A stretch of 64,000 nucleotides of DNA from an uncultured Alphaproteobacteria bacterium (GCA_963749675.1 CAVVNT010000001.1:633299-697298), one strand, 5' to 3'. Shown: positions 35,066 through 47,608, numbered from the stretch's first letter. Numbers and translations are program-made. Notes: generated by a model not told the origin, from the sequence alone.

Positions 35066-36570
35066 ATGGCGAGGAGGCTCAGCATGGCGGCACGTGCGGA
35101 GGTGTCGGCGGCGCTCCGGGACCGGTATGCGGCGAGCGGGCGTGCGGCGAAGACGGTGATCCTGAACGAGTTCGTCGCGCTGACCGGGTTGCATCGCAAG
35201 CACGCCATCCGGCTGCTCGGCACGGGGTCTCTCGAGAAGCGTCCGCGAGGTCGTCCTGAGAGGCTCTACGGGGCTGCGGTGAAGGCGGCGCTGGCACTGC
35301 TCTGGGAGCGTCGGACCGGGTCTGCTCGAAACGGTTGAAGCCGATGATCCCGGTCCTGCTGCCGGCGCTTGAGCGGCACGGGCAATTCGCGGCCGATGAG
35401 GAGCTGCGCGCGAAGCTCCTGGCGGTCAGCCCGGCGACGATCGACCGGCTGCTGTCGGAGACGCGGATCGCGGCAGCGCAGGGACGCCGGCGGCGGGCCG
35501 GCTTCAGTTCGGCGGTGCGGCGGTCGGTGCCGGTCCGAACCTTCGCCGACTGGGGCGATCCGCCGCCGGGCTTCGTCGAGGTCGACTTCGTGGCGCATTC
35601 CGGCGTCAGCACGGCCGGGGCCTTCGTCCAGACGCTGGTGCTGACCGATATCGCCACGGGCTGGACCGAGTGCGTGCCGGTGGTGATGAGGGCAGGTGCG
35701 CTCGTGCTGGAAGCGCTGCGAGCCGCGCAGGAGCTGTTTCCGTTCCCGCTCAGAGGCGTTGATTTCGACAACGTCGGCGCCTTCATGAATGACCCGGTGG
35801 TCGCCTGGTGCCGGGCGCAGGGCCTCGAGGTGACGCGTTCGCGTGCCTATCGGAAGAACGACCAGGCGTGGGTGGAGCAGAAGAATGGTGCCATCGTTCG
35901 CCGGCTGGTCGGCTACGGTCGCTTCGAGGGACCGGCGGCGACCGAGTTGCTCGCCCGGCTCTACACCGCTGCCCGGCTGCACACGAACCTGTTCCAGCCG
36001 TCGTTCAAGCTGCGGGAGAAGGTCCGCGTCGGCGCCCGGGTGACGAAGCGCTGGCACCCGCCTCTCACGCCCGCCGATCGGGCCCTGGCCTCGGGACGGC
36101 TCAACTCCGAGAGCATGGCGCGCATCCTCGATCTCCGCAGCCGCGCCGATCCGGTGATCGCGCTCGCGGCGGTCCGGGCGGCTCAGACCGAGCTGGGCCA
36201 GCGCGTCGGACCAGCGCGGCATTGCGCCGGCGCCGAAGGAAGCGGCCATCATCGTCGACTTCGTGAGCAGCGTTGCAGAATCCAAGAGGAATGGCGAACA
36301 TCGGGAGTTCCACCGCCGACCCTACCGGCGGGTGAAGCCAATCCCCAAGCGTGCATCGATGCTCGATCCGCACCGCGCCGACATCGAGGCCTGGCTCGAG
36401 GCGCAGCCCGCACTGACGGGGATCGAGGTGCTGGCCCGTCTGAAGCAGCGCCACCCGGACCGCTTCACCGACAATCACCTGCGCACCGTGCAGAGAATGG
36501 TGAAGGCGTGGCGAGCGCTCGAGGCCAGGAAGATCATCCGCTCAGCGACGGCCTCGCTGGTGCTATCGCC
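35066..36570 (+). pseudogene. Integrase-core (rve) DDE transposase, ISNCY-like, two frameshifts (~35308, ~36208)
   Basis: EFVALTGLHRKHAIRLL; EVDFVAH; DFDN; NDQAWVEQKNG; LRTVQRMVKAWR; 3' limit approximate. Confidence 0.8.
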
Positions 36571-37087
36571 CATCCAAGGTGCGGACACTGCGCAGGAAGG
36601 TGTCCTTGCTCACCGGCAGAAGGTGTCTGGACGCCAGCGCCTGAGCCGGTCGTCCGCCCAAAGCCAGGCCCAGATGACGAACCAGGTGTTGCAGGCGCCC
36701 GGTGCGTCGTGCGTGCGGTTGGGTGATTGCCGGCGGGAAACGTTCCACGAAGATCCGGGTTTGGCGCAACGCCGAGCGGCACCTGAAGCGCCGGGCACAG
36801 AGTATCAGCCTGACCTCCCGGTCGTGCGCCGGAAGGTCCGCCAAGCGGCGCTCACACCGAATACGAACATGCCGAGAGTGCTCGGCGCATCGCGGGCAGG
36901 CAGCGGTTCCGCCCATCGAACGCGAGTAAACCAAGACCGTGTTCCCGACAAACTCGATCCGCTCGCCTTTGAGCCCTTCGGGCAGGAATGCCCCTCGATC
37001 CTTCCAGACGCCATCGGCAACCTCCCGCGAAGATTGCCGGAATGTAGCGTGCGGCAGAGCTACCTGCACCAAATATGCGCCAGACCC
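36570..37087 (-). mobile_element. ISL3-family remnant (left end and zinc-finger N-terminus)
   Basis: CPRC...RRLADLP...RRFRC...IFVERF...ARRT.RL...LALGGRP...VSKDTFLR. Confidence 0.8.
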
Positions 37088-37332
37088 CTTATTGCGCGCC
37101 TCTCCACACAGATGACTAATCTGAGGCCCTTCTCGGCCACTTGTCGGCGGAGCTTGCTCGCAGTCAAAGCGCAGGCGGCGGCGTCTCTGTAGGCGAGCGG
37201 CCTCACTCGGCATTTCCCGGTCGACGCAAACCCCGCTAGCTGACAAAGCTTTTCTGCCGCTGATCGCGCGTGGCTGAGAGCGCACTGGACCGTCCACGGA
37301 GGACGGACCACTTCGGCAGCCTCGGCAGCGGC

Positions 37333-39259
37333 CTAGCGGTCTTTTCCGCGGCCGTTGTTGCCGCCCTTTCCGCCTGCGCTGCCGCCGCCGCGGCCATTGT
37401 TGCCGCGATCCTTCCCTTTCCCCCCGGCGTTATCGGCGCCACGTCCGCGATCGTCGCTCTTGCCGCGATCTCCGCCGTTGCCGCGCCCGCCGCCGTTGCC
37501 GCCACCGGAGGACTTGCCGTCGCTGGCTCCCGACGAGCCGCCGCCACCCGAAGATCCACCTCCGCCCGAGGATGAGCCGCCACCACCAGAGGACGATCCT
37601 CCGCCGCCCGCTCCGGAAGACGAGCCGCCGCCTCCACCACCCGAGGAGGATGAGCCGCCGCCAGATGAAGTGCCACTTCCTCCATCGGACGCGGAGCGAC
37701 CGCCACCGCCGCGTCCGTCGTCGCTGGCGCTACCTCCGCTGGACTCGCGGCCCGCGCCTCGTGACGATGCAGACCGCGACTCCGCCTCAAATCCGCCGCG
37801 GGTCGCAACGGAGGACCGCCTGTCACTCTCGTCCCTCTGCCCGCTGCGCGTGCCTACGCTGGAGGTGTTGCCGATCGCATTCGCAATGAGATCGAAGACA
37901 TTGGCGCCGCGCGACTCCGAGTGCGTCGGGGCCGCGCTGTTGGCTCCAGTGCGCGAGGGTGCCGTGCGTGATCGCGCCTGCCGCGTGATCGGCGGGGCCC
38001 CCTTGCCGGATAGCCAGAGTTCCAGGAGCCCCTCGTCCGGAGAAGGCGAGTAGCTGGTGAAGTCGTGCGCAGCGGCGTCGAAAAGGGCGGCAAGCGCCTC
38101 GGCGGCCGATCGATCTTGCGCGTGATAGTAGCGCACATGCGTCTCGCTGATGGTGAAGGGCGAAGCTACCGCCTCCTCGGTCGACCATTCGCTCTCAGAG
38201 AGGCGCGACAGTGCAGCCTCGCGGCGATCGGGCGCCATATTCTGCGGGGCCTGCACGACGATCCGCCGCGGCGGCTTGACCGGCAGCTCCGTCTCCCTCT
38301 TGAACGCGGCGTCCGGCCTCGCCTCCGGGACGGGGAGAACGGGCGGAACAGAGGAAAACTCCAGATCCTCGTCCCGATAAGCGACCTCGAAATCGACTGC
38401 TGCAGTGCTTTTCTGCGCTGGCGACGGGCCATTGGGCACGACGGGCGTGGAGAATACCGCAGGGCCCGAGTCTGCTATGTCAATCTCGACAAGAGACGTG
38501 TGGAACACTGCTGCAGGCACCTGCGGCGCGGAAGGAGCGGCAATCGCCGCCACCTCCTCGGACGCTATGTCAGGGAGCAGGACCGGCGCGGGCGTTGTCG
38601 ACGCATTTTTTGCTTCCGGTGGCGGCGGAATAGTAGGTGCGGTCCCGGATAGCGCGCCAGGCCCAGAAATGCTGACAAAAGTCACATGCCTTGCCAGTCG
38701 GCTCCCCAGTTCGGAGATGCCCTGGCCGATGCCGCCGTAATTTGCGAGCGACGCGCCTGCGGCACAGCCGATCACAGAGTCCGACGAGCGCCGGCCTCAG
38801 ACGACTCGCCGAGTATCTCGGTGGAGTCGCGGCTTGCGGCGCCGTCAGGCCGCCGGACGCAGTGGCGTCGGACGGAACGCCTAGCGCATGCTCCGCTTCG
38901 GCAGTCTGGGCGCCGAGTTCGACAGGTTTGGGCGACATCGATCTTGGCTTGGTTTTCCCAGCATCCTGCCGAACGCGCTGTCCTGCACGGGTCCTTGCAC
39001 GAATGCGAGTGCCGTCTGGCCCGCCGAGCACCAACGGACCCTGGTCGGCCGTGCGCCCTCCCTCCAAACGCCCTTCTGAGGGTTCGCCATGAGAATCTTG
39101 CGGCCCCTCGGGCAAGAGCGGTGTCAGGAAATCGTCTCGCCCTTCGCCGCTGGGGAGAACGCTCGTACGCTCCTGACCGACGCGGCACTGCAGGACTTTC
39201 TCCCGCTGCACCCGTGCCGCAGCAAGGCGCTGTTCCCACTCCTCTGGATCATAGGGCAA
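37333..39259 (-). CDS. Hypothetical single-pass membrane protein with a Gly/Ser-rich tail (apparent +1 frameshift at ~38776)
   Basis: N-terminal WEQRLAAARVQREKVL; hydrophobic ALVGLVIGCAAGA once the frameshift is corrected; Pro/Ala linker; VRYYH...DF..Y.P.P..GLLELWL domain; poly-Gly/Ser tail. Start uncertain. Confidence 0.6.
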
Positions 39260-39549
39260 GTCGCCGGACGTCGACTGACGGTTAGAAGACTGTCGGGACC
39301 GGTTTGGCTTGATCACAGCGGATTGACCACACGCACTCAGAATACACCTATGACGGCGGATGCCGTGCGATTGCATGACCCCCGGGCCACTTCGCACGAC
39401 TGCCGCAGGCGTTAACCATATCTGCCTGCATTCGCGCGTGGCAGTCAACCTCGCAGCAGTTTTGGTGGATGGCCGGTTTGTCTCGCACCCCGACCTGCTC
39501 CTACGACCCGGCACCGGCAATGAACGCAGGTCTCGGCCGGGCTCGCCGG

Positions 39550-40149
39550 GGTGCTGTCAGAGCAATGAGAACCAGTCTCAGAACGGGCAGGTCGCCTGAG
39601 CTCTAGCCCGCACAGGGGCCGCGCCGTTCGGTGAGAGCGGCGGCGCGGTTCAGCTTAAAGATGGATCGGGATGAGAGGCTGCGTTCGGTGGTGAAGTGGT
39701 TGCAGACGGAGGCGTGCACGGCGGCGAACTTCTGCAGACTTCGCATCCGCCGGAACCGGAGCATCGCCCGTTCCCGTTGCCGGAGCGGCAGATGCGAGTT
39801 CTCCGCCCGGTTGTTCAGCCAGCGGCCGGTGTCCTGCCGGTGGTCCGTCCAGAGCTCTTTCAGTGCGGCGCCGCAGGACCGCAGCCGGTCGGGTCACGAC
39901 GACCTCTGGCTTGCCATGCCCGAACCGATGCCACCAGAACCGGACCGCCTCGTGGCTGACATCGACACCCCGCTCATGCAGCAGGTCCTCGACATTCCGG
40001 AGAGACAGCGGGAAGCGGATATACAGCATCACCGCAAGACGGATGATCTCGGGACTGGTCTTGAAGTACCTGAAGGGGCTGCGCTTGCTCATCACGCGAC
40101 GCTAGGCGGACGCCCTGCGCCGCTCAAGCCAAGTTCTTCTGACATGTCC
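39550..40149 (-). mobile_element. IS6-family element with a large internal deletion, both ends retained
   Basis: FRYFKTSPEIIRLAVMLYIRFPLSLRNVEDLLHERG; IRs GGTGCTGTCAGA / TCTGACATGTCC. Confidence 0.82.
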
Positions 40150-40197
40150 CAACGAATGGATCGCATCAAACCGTGTGATCAAACATCTAGGATCAAG

Positions 40198-40245
40198 TGA
40201 CCTGTAATCAGGGGGTCGGGGGTTCGAGCCCCTCTGCCAACACCA
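40198..40245 (+). pseudogene. Degenerate 3' half of tRNA-Thr(UGU), probable att-site scar
   Basis: TGACC-TGT-AATCA anticodon arm, GGGGG-TTCGAGC-CCCTC T-arm, ACCA end; no D-arm or 5' acceptor strand. Confidence 0.75.
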
Positions 40246-40363
40246 CCCTGTTCGATATCGTCCTTTACGTCGTGCGGCGGCCGGTTTCCTGCCCTGGACC
40301 TATCGTATATGGCGGCCACCGGCAGGATGTGCATCATCGCCCACGCACGCAGCTTGCAACGGG

Positions 40364-43300
40364 ATGCTCATGTCGATCCTCGCCGCGATCCATCATCTGA
40401 CGCATTATCGCTATGATCGGCCCGTGACGCTGGGGCCGCAGGTCATTCGTCTGCGACCCGCTCCGCACAGCCGAACGCGGGTGGTGAGCCACAGCCTCAA
40501 GGTGTCGCCGGCCGGGCACTTCGTGAACCACCAGCAGGATCCTTACGGCAACTGGCTCAGCCGCTTCGTCTTCCCCGAGCCGGTGCGCGAGCTTCGCATC
40601 GAGGTCGATCTCGTCGCCGACATGACGGTCTACAACCCGTTCGACTTCTTCGTCGAGGAGAGGGCGGAGGAGTGGCCGTTCGAGTACCCGGAGGAACTCG
40701 AGCAGGATCTCTCCATCTACCGCCAGCCCGAGCCTGCGGGACCGCTGCTCTCGGAATGGCTCGAGAGTGTCGAGCGAACGCCGCGCAGGACCGTCGACAT
40801 GTTGGTCGGGCTGAACGCGCGTCTGGCGCACGAGATTGACTACGTGATCCGGATGGAGGTCGGCGTGCAAGCGCCGGAAGAGACGCTGGGACGCGCCAAG
40901 GGATCGTGCCGCGACACCTCCTGGCTGCTGTGTGAGGCGCTGCGTCATCTCGGCTTCGCGGCGCGCTTCTGCTCGGGATACCTGATCCAGCTCAAGCCGG
41001 ACCTCGTCGCGCTCGACGGCCCTGCCGGCACCGACCACGACTTTACCGACCTGCACGCCTGGTGCGAGGTGTACTTGCCGGGCGCGGGCTGGATCGGGCT
41101 CGATCCGACGAGCGGACTGCTGACGGGTGAGAGCCACATACCGCTCGCGGCGACGCCGCACTATCGCAACGCAGCGCCGATCAGCGGTATGGCGAGCTTC
41201 GCGGAGGTCGATTTCGCGTTCGACATGAGCGTCGACCGGGTGGCGGAGCATCCCCGAATCTCCAAGCCATTCGACGAGGACGCGTGGACCGCGCTCGATG
41301 AACTTGGCGAGAAGGTCGACGAGGCGCTGAGCGACGGCGACGTGCGCCTGACCATGGGGGGCGAACCGACCTTCGTTTCCATCGACGACTTCGAAAGCGA
41401 CGAGTGGAACACCGCCGCCGTGGGGCCGCAGAAGCGCGCGATCGCCGACCGGCTGATCCGTCGCCTGCGCGACCGCTTCGCACCCGGCGGATTCCTGCAT
41501 TTCGGTCAGGGCAAGTGGTACCCGGGGGAGACGCTGCCGCGCTGGACCTTCAGCCTCTACTGGCGCCGCGACGGCGTGCCGATCTGGCACGACGAGAGGC
41601 TGATCGCGGAGGAGGCCGCGACGAGCGAACCGCAGCCCGAAGATGCCGAGCGGCTGATGGTCGGCATCGCGGGCGAGCTCGGAATCGAGAGCGACTATGT
41701 CGTTCCGGCCTACGAGGACCCCGGCGAGTGGCTGCTGAAGGAGGCTCAGCTGCCCGAAAACGTCACGCCCGAGAACAGCGAGCTGGAGGATCCCGAGGCG
41801 CGCCACCGCATGGCGGCGGTCTTCGACCGGGGCCTGACGACGCCATCGGGCTACGTCCTGCCCGTCCAGCGCTGGCAGGCGAAGGATCAGTCCGCCCGGC
41901 GCTGGCGGAGCGAGAAGTGGGGGCTGAGACGCAAGCACGTCTACCTCGTGCCAGGCGACAGTCCGGTCGGCTACCGGCTGCCGCTCGGCGCACTGCCCTA
42001 CGTGCCGCCGTCGCAATACCCCTACATCAACAATCCCGATCCGACGGAGCCGCTGGGCTCGCTGCCCGAGACGCCGGGCCAGCAGGGTCGCGCGCAGATG
42101 ATGGCGCACTTCACCGAAGCCGGGCCGACGCAGGAGCGGGTGGAGCAGCATCTGGGCGAGATCGGCGGCGCCGTCCGCACGGCGATGTCGGTCGAGCCGA
42201 AGAACGGCCGCCTCACCGTCTTCATGCCGCCGGTGGAGAAGGTCGACGATTATCTCGAGCTCGTCGCCGCGGCGGAGGCGGCGGCGAAGGCGCAGGGCGT
42301 TCAGGTCCATATCGAGGGCTATGCGCCGCCGCCGGACCCGCGCCTCAGTGTCATCCGGGTAGCTCCGGACCCCGGCGTGATCGAGGTCAACGTCCACCCC
42401 GCCGCCTCTTGGAAGGAGCTCAAGAGGATCACCGAGGGTGTCTACGAGGAGGCGCGGCAATCCCGCCTTGGCGCCGACAAGTTCATGATCGACGGCAAGC
42501 ACACCGGGACCGGCGGCGGCAATCACGTCGTCGTAGGTGGCCGCACCACGCTCGACAGTCCGTTCCTGCGGCGGCCGGATCTGCTGAAGTCGCTGATCCT
42601 CTACTGGCAGCGGCATCCGTCGCTCAGCTACCTCTTCTCCGGCCTCTTCATCGGCCCGACGAGCCAGGCGCCCCGGATCGACGAGGCGCGCCACGACGGC
42701 CTCTACGAGATGGAGATCGCGCTCAGCCAGATCCCGGCGCCCGGGGAGGGCGACCAGCCGTTTCCGTGGCTCGTCGACCGGCTCCTGCGCAACCTGCTGG
42801 TCGACGTCACCGGCAACACTCACAGGGCCGAGATCTGCATCGACAAGCTCTACTCGCCAGACGGTCCGACAGGACGGCTGGGACTGATCGAGTTCCGTGG
42901 TTTCGAGATGCCGCCGGATCCGCGCATGAGCCTTGCGCAACAGCTGCTCATCCGGGCGATCATCGTACGACTGTGGAGCCAGCCCCTGCGCGGGCCGCTG
43001 ACCCGCTGGGGCACGGCGCTGCACGACCGGTTCATGCTGCCGCATTTCATCTGGGAGGACTTCATGGACGTCCTGCGCGACCTCACCGACCAGGGTTTTC
43101 CGATGCGCCCGGACTGGTTCGAGGCGCAGGCCGAGTTCCGCTTTCCGTTTTGCGGCGAAACCGAGGCGGAGGGCGTGACGCTGGAGATCCGCAAGGCGCT
43201 GGAGCCGTGGCACGTGCTGGGCGAGACCGGGGCGATCGGCGGCACCGTGCGCTACACCGACAGCTCGACCGAACGGCTGCAGGTCAAGCTCACCGCGGCC

Positions 43301-43690
43301 GATCCCAGCCGCTACTCGGTCACCTGCAACCGCCGCCGCGTGCCGCTGCAGCCGACCGGAACCAACGGGGTGCAGGTCGGCGGCGTGCGATACAAGGCCT
43401 GGCAGCCGGCGAACGCGCTGCATCCGGTCCTGCCGCCGGACGCGCCGCTGACGTTCGACATCTTCGACACATGGACGGGACGTGCGCTCGGCGGCTGCGT
43501 CTATCACGTCGCGCATCCCGGCGGACGAAACTACGACACGCTGCCGGTGAACGCCAACGAGGCCGAGGCACGCCGGCTCTCGCGGTTCGAGCCGCACGGC
43601 CACACCCCGGGCAGCTTCGTGAGCGTGCCGGAGCGGCCACATCCGGAGTTTCCGATGACGCTGGACCTGAGACGGGCGGCCGGTGTCTGA
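40364..43690 (+). CDS. Transglutaminase domain fused to a DUF2126 putative amidoligase
   Basis: [14 protein letters not shown] and GLDPT triad motifs; [18 protein letters not shown] and EFRGFEMPP in the ligase part; 1108 aa. Confidence 0.92.
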   Translation: MLMSILAAIHHLTHYRYDRPVTLGPQVIRLRPAPHSRTRVVSHSLKVSPAGHFVNHQQDPYGNWLSRFVFPEPVRELRIEVDLVADMTVYNPFDFFVEERAEEWPFEYPEELEQDLSIYRQPEPAGPLLSEWLESVERTPRRTVDMLVGLNARLAHEIDYVIRMEVGVQAPEETLGRAKGSCRDTSWLLCEALRHLGFAARFCSGYLIQLKPDLVALDGPAGTDHDFTDLHAWCEVYLPGAGWIGLDPTSGLLTGESHIPLAATPHYRNAAPISGMASFAEVDFAFDMSVDRVAEHPRISKPFDEDAWTALDELGEKVDEALSDGDVRLTMGGEPTFVSIDDFESDEWNTAAVGPQKRAIADRLIRRLRDRFAPGGFLHFGQGKWYPGETLPRWTFSLYWRRDGVPIWHDERLIAEEAATSEPQPEDAERLMVGIAGELGIESDYVVPAYEDPGEWLLKEAQLPENVTPENSELEDPEARHRMAAVFDRGLTTPSGYVLPVQRWQAKDQSARRWRSEKWGLRRKHVYLVPGDSPVGYRLPLGALPYVPPSQYPYINNPDPTEPLGSLPETPGQQGRAQMMAHFTEAGPTQERVEQHLGEIGGAVRTAMSVEPKNGRLTVFMPPVEKVDDYLELVAAAEAAAKAQGVQVHIEGYAPPPDPRLSVIRVAPDPGVIEVNVHPAASWKELKRITEGVYEEARQSRLGADKFMIDGKHTGTGGGNHVVVGGRTTLDSPFLRRPDLLKSLILYWQRHPSLSYLFSGLFIGPTSQAPRIDEARHDGLYEMEIALSQIPAPGEGDQPFPWLVDRLLRNLLVDVTGNTHRAEICIDKLYSPDGPTGRLGLIEFRGFEMPPDPRMSLAQQLLIRAIIVRLWSQPLRGPLTRWGTALHDRFMLPHFIWEDFMDVLRDLTDQGFPMRPDWFEAQAEFRFPFCGETEAEGVTLEIRKALEPWHVLGETGAIGGTVRYTDSSTERLQVKLTAADPSRYSVTCNRRRVPLQPTGTNGVQVGGVRYKAWQPANALHPVLPPDAPLTFDIFDTWTGRALGGCVYHVAHPGGRNYDTLPVNANEAEARRLSRFEPHGHTPGSFVSVPERPHPEFPMTLDLRRAAGV

Positions 43691-43696
43691 CATCGC

Positions 43697-46085
43697 ATGA
43701 GCCGGGCCGCGCCGACGCCATCGCGCCGCGACGCGCTGCTCTCGGGCTACCGGCCGGCCGGCGGCATGCCCGACGAACTGCTGGCCCCCGGCGGCGGAGT
43801 TCGACCGGTCTGGGCCGAACTGCTGACTGCACTCGCGGACTCGTCCCCCGCCGACCTGGCGCGGCGCAGGTCGCGTGGTGAGCAGTATCTGCGCGACGCG
43901 GGCGTCTTCCACCGGACTTATGCCGCCGACGATTCGTCGGAGCGCGACTGGCCGCTGTCGCACCTGCCGGTCCTGATCGGCGAGGACGAGTGGCGCGAGA
44001 TCGAGGCGGGGCTGGTCCAGCGCGCCGATGTGCTGGAGGCGCTGTGCGCCGATCTCTATGGCGACAATCAGCTTGTCGCCGACGGGCACCTTCCGCCTGG
44101 GATCATCGGCGACAACAAGGAATGGCTCCGGCCGCTGGTCGGAGCGCGGCCGCGGGGCGGGCACTTCCTGCACTTCATCGCCTTCGAGATCGGGCGCGGC
44201 CCGAGGGGCGGCTGGTGGGTGCTTGGCGACCGGACGCAGACGCCATCCGGTGCGGGCTTCGCGCTCGAGAACCGGATTGCGACGACGCGGGTCTTCTCCG
44301 ATGTCTTCGCCGACCTCTATGTCCACCGCCTCGCACCCTTTTTTCGGCAGTTTCGCGATGCGCTGCAGGACCTCACTGAAGCCGGGAGCCGGGTCGCGAT
44401 CCTGACGCCCGGCCTCGCCGCCGACACCTATCTCGAACACGCCTACATCGCTCGATACCTGGGCCTCATGCTGCTCGAGGGAGAGGATCTGGCGGTGAGG
44501 AACGGCCGTGTCATGGTGCGCACGGTCGCGGGGCTGAAGCCCGTCAGCGCCCTGTGGCGGAGGCTCGACGCCAGTTGGGCCGATCCGCTCGAGCTGGAGG
44601 AGACGTCGGCGATCGGCACCGCGGGCCTGGTGGGCGCGATCCGGACCGGTGGCGTCACGATGGTCAACGCCCTGGGCGCCGGCGTACTCGAGACACGCGC
44701 ACTCCTCGCCTTCATGCCGCGGATTTCGAAGATCCTGACGGGCGAGCCGCTCGCGATGCCCAACATCGCGACATGGTGGTGCGGCACACGGGCAGAGCGG
44801 GACTACGTCAAGTCCAACGCGTCCTCGATGACGATCAGCGCTGCCCGCTCCACCCGGCTGCCGTTCGAGCGCGACGCGCCGTTCGACACCGGCGGACACG
44901 AAGGCGCGGCGTTCCGGGCGTGGATCGACGAGCAGGGCGGACGCCTCGTCGGGCAAGAGGCGGTGCGACTGTCCACCACGCCGGTGCTCACGTCCGACGG
45001 ACGGATCGAACCACGGCCGATGAGCCTGCGCGTGTTCCTCGCGCGCACGGCGCAGGGCTGGCGCGTGATGCCCGGCGGCTTCGCCCGGATCGGGACGGCC
45101 CGCGATCCGCACGTCGTCGCGATGGCCCGGGGGGGGCGCGTCGCGGACGTCTGGGTCGTGGCCGACGAGCCGGTGTCGGAGGAAACCATGCTGCCACGCG
45201 GCGCCGAGGTCTTCGCGCGCGCGCAGCCGGGCCTCCTGCCCAGTCGCGCGGCGGACAACCTGACCTGGATGGGGCGCTACGTCGAGCGGGCGGAGTCGAT
45301 GCTCCGGCTCCTCCGCGCCTATCACGCGCGCCTGGACGAGGTCGGGCGGAGGGAAGCGCCGCTGATCGAGACCCTGGGGGGACATCTGTCGTCGCTCGGC
45401 GCGGACTGCGAAGAGACGGTGCCGGAGGCGCTCCACGCCACTCTGGCTGCGGCCACGGGCAGCGCGCAGCGGATACGCGACCGCTTCTCTCCCGACGGCT
45501 GGGCGGCGCTGAACGACCTCGTCGCCGCCGCCGACGACGCCGGAGCGCTGGCGCGCCCGGGCGATGACGCGGTGCGGGCCTATAGCGACCTCCTGCGACG
45601 TCTCTCGGGGTTCTACGGCCTCGTCCAGGACAACATGTACCGCTTCATCGGATGGCGCTTCCTCGGCATCGGCCGGGCGCTGGAGCGCGGTTGGCAGATG
45701 GCGGGCGTGCTGGCCGTTTTCGCGGATGAGGCTGCGCCGGCCGGCGGCCTCGACATCGCGGTGGAGCTTGGCGACAGCGTGATCTCGCACCGCCGGCGCT
45801 ACGCCGTCGCAACCAACCGCGACACGGTCATGGACCTTCTTGCGCTCGAACTCGCTCAACCCGAGGTCCGTGCTGCACCAGCTCGACCGGATCGAAGAGC
45901 ACATCGGCTGGCTGCCGGGCGCGGGACCGCACCGCCACCTGACCGAGCTGCAGAGAGTTGCGCGCGCCACGCATACGGCGCTGGCGGTCGAGACGCCCCA
46001 GACATTGACGACGGAAAAGCTCCTCGCTGCGCAGAACGGGATCGCGGACATCGCCGAGATCCTTGATACAACGTATATTTCATGA
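43697..46085 (+). CDS. Circularly permuted ATP-grasp fused to an alpha-E domain (apparent +1 frameshift at ~45850)
   Basis: PSGAGFALENR, EHAYIARYLG, VMPGGFAR; GRYVERAE and GRALERG; removing one A restores ALDSLNPRSVLHQL...TTYIS-stop. Confidence 0.9.
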
Positions 46086-46095
46086 GGCGCCCGTG

Positions 46096-46974
46096 ATGCT
46101 CTACGATGTCGGGCTGACCATCACCTACACCTACGACAGGCCGGCGGCATCGGGCCGGCACATCATCCGGCTGAGCCCGCTCGAGCTTGGGAGAGAGCAG
46201 CGGGTCATCGCCTCCGACGTTTCGGTCGTTCCCGCCCCGGCGGAGTGGGTGCCTGGCGTCGACTTCTTCGGGACCCGAAACGTCAGGGTCTTCTTCGATG
46301 CGCCGCACGATGAGATCGCGTTCCGCCTGCAAGCCCGCATCAGGCGCGAGGCGAAGAGCGCCCTGCTCGACATGTCGCCAAAGGTCTCCGCGCTCTCTCA
46401 CGAGATCGATGGGTGGTTGGGGCTGGAGGCCACCGCGCCGCACCATTTCCTCGGACCCTCACCGCGTATCCCGGTAGACAGCGTGATGGCCGAATGGGCC
46501 GGGCTCGCCTCGGCCGGAGCTGGAACGACCTACGAGGCAGTCGTGGCGATTGGACGTGCGCTGAACGAGGAGATGCGGTTCGACGCCAATGCGACCGAGG
46601 TCGACACCACCCCGCGCGAGGCCTTCGACGCGCGCCACGGCGTCTGTCAGGACTTCACGCATGTGATGATCGCATGCCTCCGTGGCATCGGCATCCCTGC
46701 CGGCTACGTGAGCGGTTTTCTGCGAACGATGCCGCCGCCCGGACAACCTCGGCTGGAGGGGGCGGACGCGATGCACGCATGGGTCCGCGCCTGGTGCGGG
46801 CGCGAGATGGGGTGGGTCGCCTACGATCCGACCAACGCCATGAGCGAGGGCGAGGATCATATCATCGCGGGCTACGGCCGGGACTATTCCGACGTTGCGC
46901 CGGTTCGTGGCGTCAGCCGCTCCTCCGGAGGACACGAGACCGCGCAGGCGGTCGACGTCATTCCGCTGGACTGA
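46096..46974 (+). CDS. Transglutaminase-family protein
   Basis: GVCQDF, MHAWV, YDPTN, GRDYSDVAPVRG. Confidence 0.93.
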   Translation: MLYDVGLTITYTYDRPAASGRHIIRLSPLELGREQRVIASDVSVVPAPAEWVPGVDFFGTRNVRVFFDAPHDEIAFRLQARIRREAKSALLDMSPKVSALSHEIDGWLGLEATAPHHFLGPSPRIPVDSVMAEWAGLASAGAGTTYEAVVAIGRALNEEMRFDANATEVDTTPREAFDARHGVCQDFTHVMIACLRGIGIPAGYVSGFLRTMPPPGQPRLEGADAMHAWVRAWCGREMGWVAYDPTNAMSEGEDHIIAGYGRDYSDVAPVRGVSRSSGGHETAQAVDVIPLD

Positions 46975-47608
46975 GCTCGCCAAGCAGCCGCGGCGCCTCT
47001 TCGGCCGGCGGTGCGAGGCGGCTGCGATCCTCGCCGGGAAAGAAGCGCGCGCGGGTCGCCGTCGGCATCGGGTTTGGCGTGAGCACCCGGATCCTCGGGC
47101 CGGTCCGCGTCGTTTCCGCCGCCCAGGAGCGGGCGAGCGCGATCTGTGCCGCCTTCGTCGCCCCGTAGGCGCCGAAGAATTTCTCGCCGGCGCGCGGATC
47201 GTCGAAGAAGACCGCGTGTCCCGCCGTACCGAGAAGCGGCGCGACCATCCCGATCAGGACACGCGTTGCCGTGACGTTCGTCGCCACGCTCCGATCCCAG
47301 TCCTTGGCGTCGATGTGGTCGGCGGGGGAGAGCGGCGGCGCGTGGATCGCGGTATGGCACCAAAGGTCGAGCCGGCCCCACCTGTCATAGATGCCTCGGC
47401 AGAGATGGGCCATCGCGTCGGCGTTGGTGACGTCCATCGGCGCCAGCGTGGCGCTGCCGCCGGCGGCCTTGATCCGGTCGTCGAGTTCTTCCAGCGCCCC
47501 GGTCGTGCGGGCGACCGTGACGACGTGGTGGGTGGCGGCGAGCGCCTCTCCAAGGGCGGCGCCGAGGCCGCGGGAGGCGCCGGTGACGAGGGCGAGCGGG
47601 CGTGTCAT
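46958..47608 (-). CDS. Short-chain dehydrogenase/reductase
   Basis: TGASRGLG; YGATK. Confidence 0.9.
   Translation of the reverse strand: MTRPLALVTGASRGLGAALGEALAATHHVVTVARTTGALEELDDRIKAAGGSATLAPMDVTNADAMAHLCRGIYDRWGRLDLWCHTAIHAPPLSPADHIDAKDWDRSVATNVTATRVLIGMVAPLLGTAGHAVFFDDPRAGEKFFGAYGATKAAQIALARSWAAETTRTGPRIRVLTPNPMPTATRARFFPGEDRSRLAPPAEEAPRLLGELSPAE

Noticed and set aside
37480-37760. Short tandem GCC/GAG repeats resembling an array
   Set aside because: They encode the Gly/Ser tail; no constant repeat with unique spacers and no cas genes, so not CRISPR.
40198-40245. Functional tRNA gene
   Set aside because: The 5' half is missing and the anticodon loop and acceptor strand are mutated.
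40334-46051. 1905-aa minus-strand ORF
   Set aside because: Antisense shadow of the transglutaminase/ATP-grasp genes.
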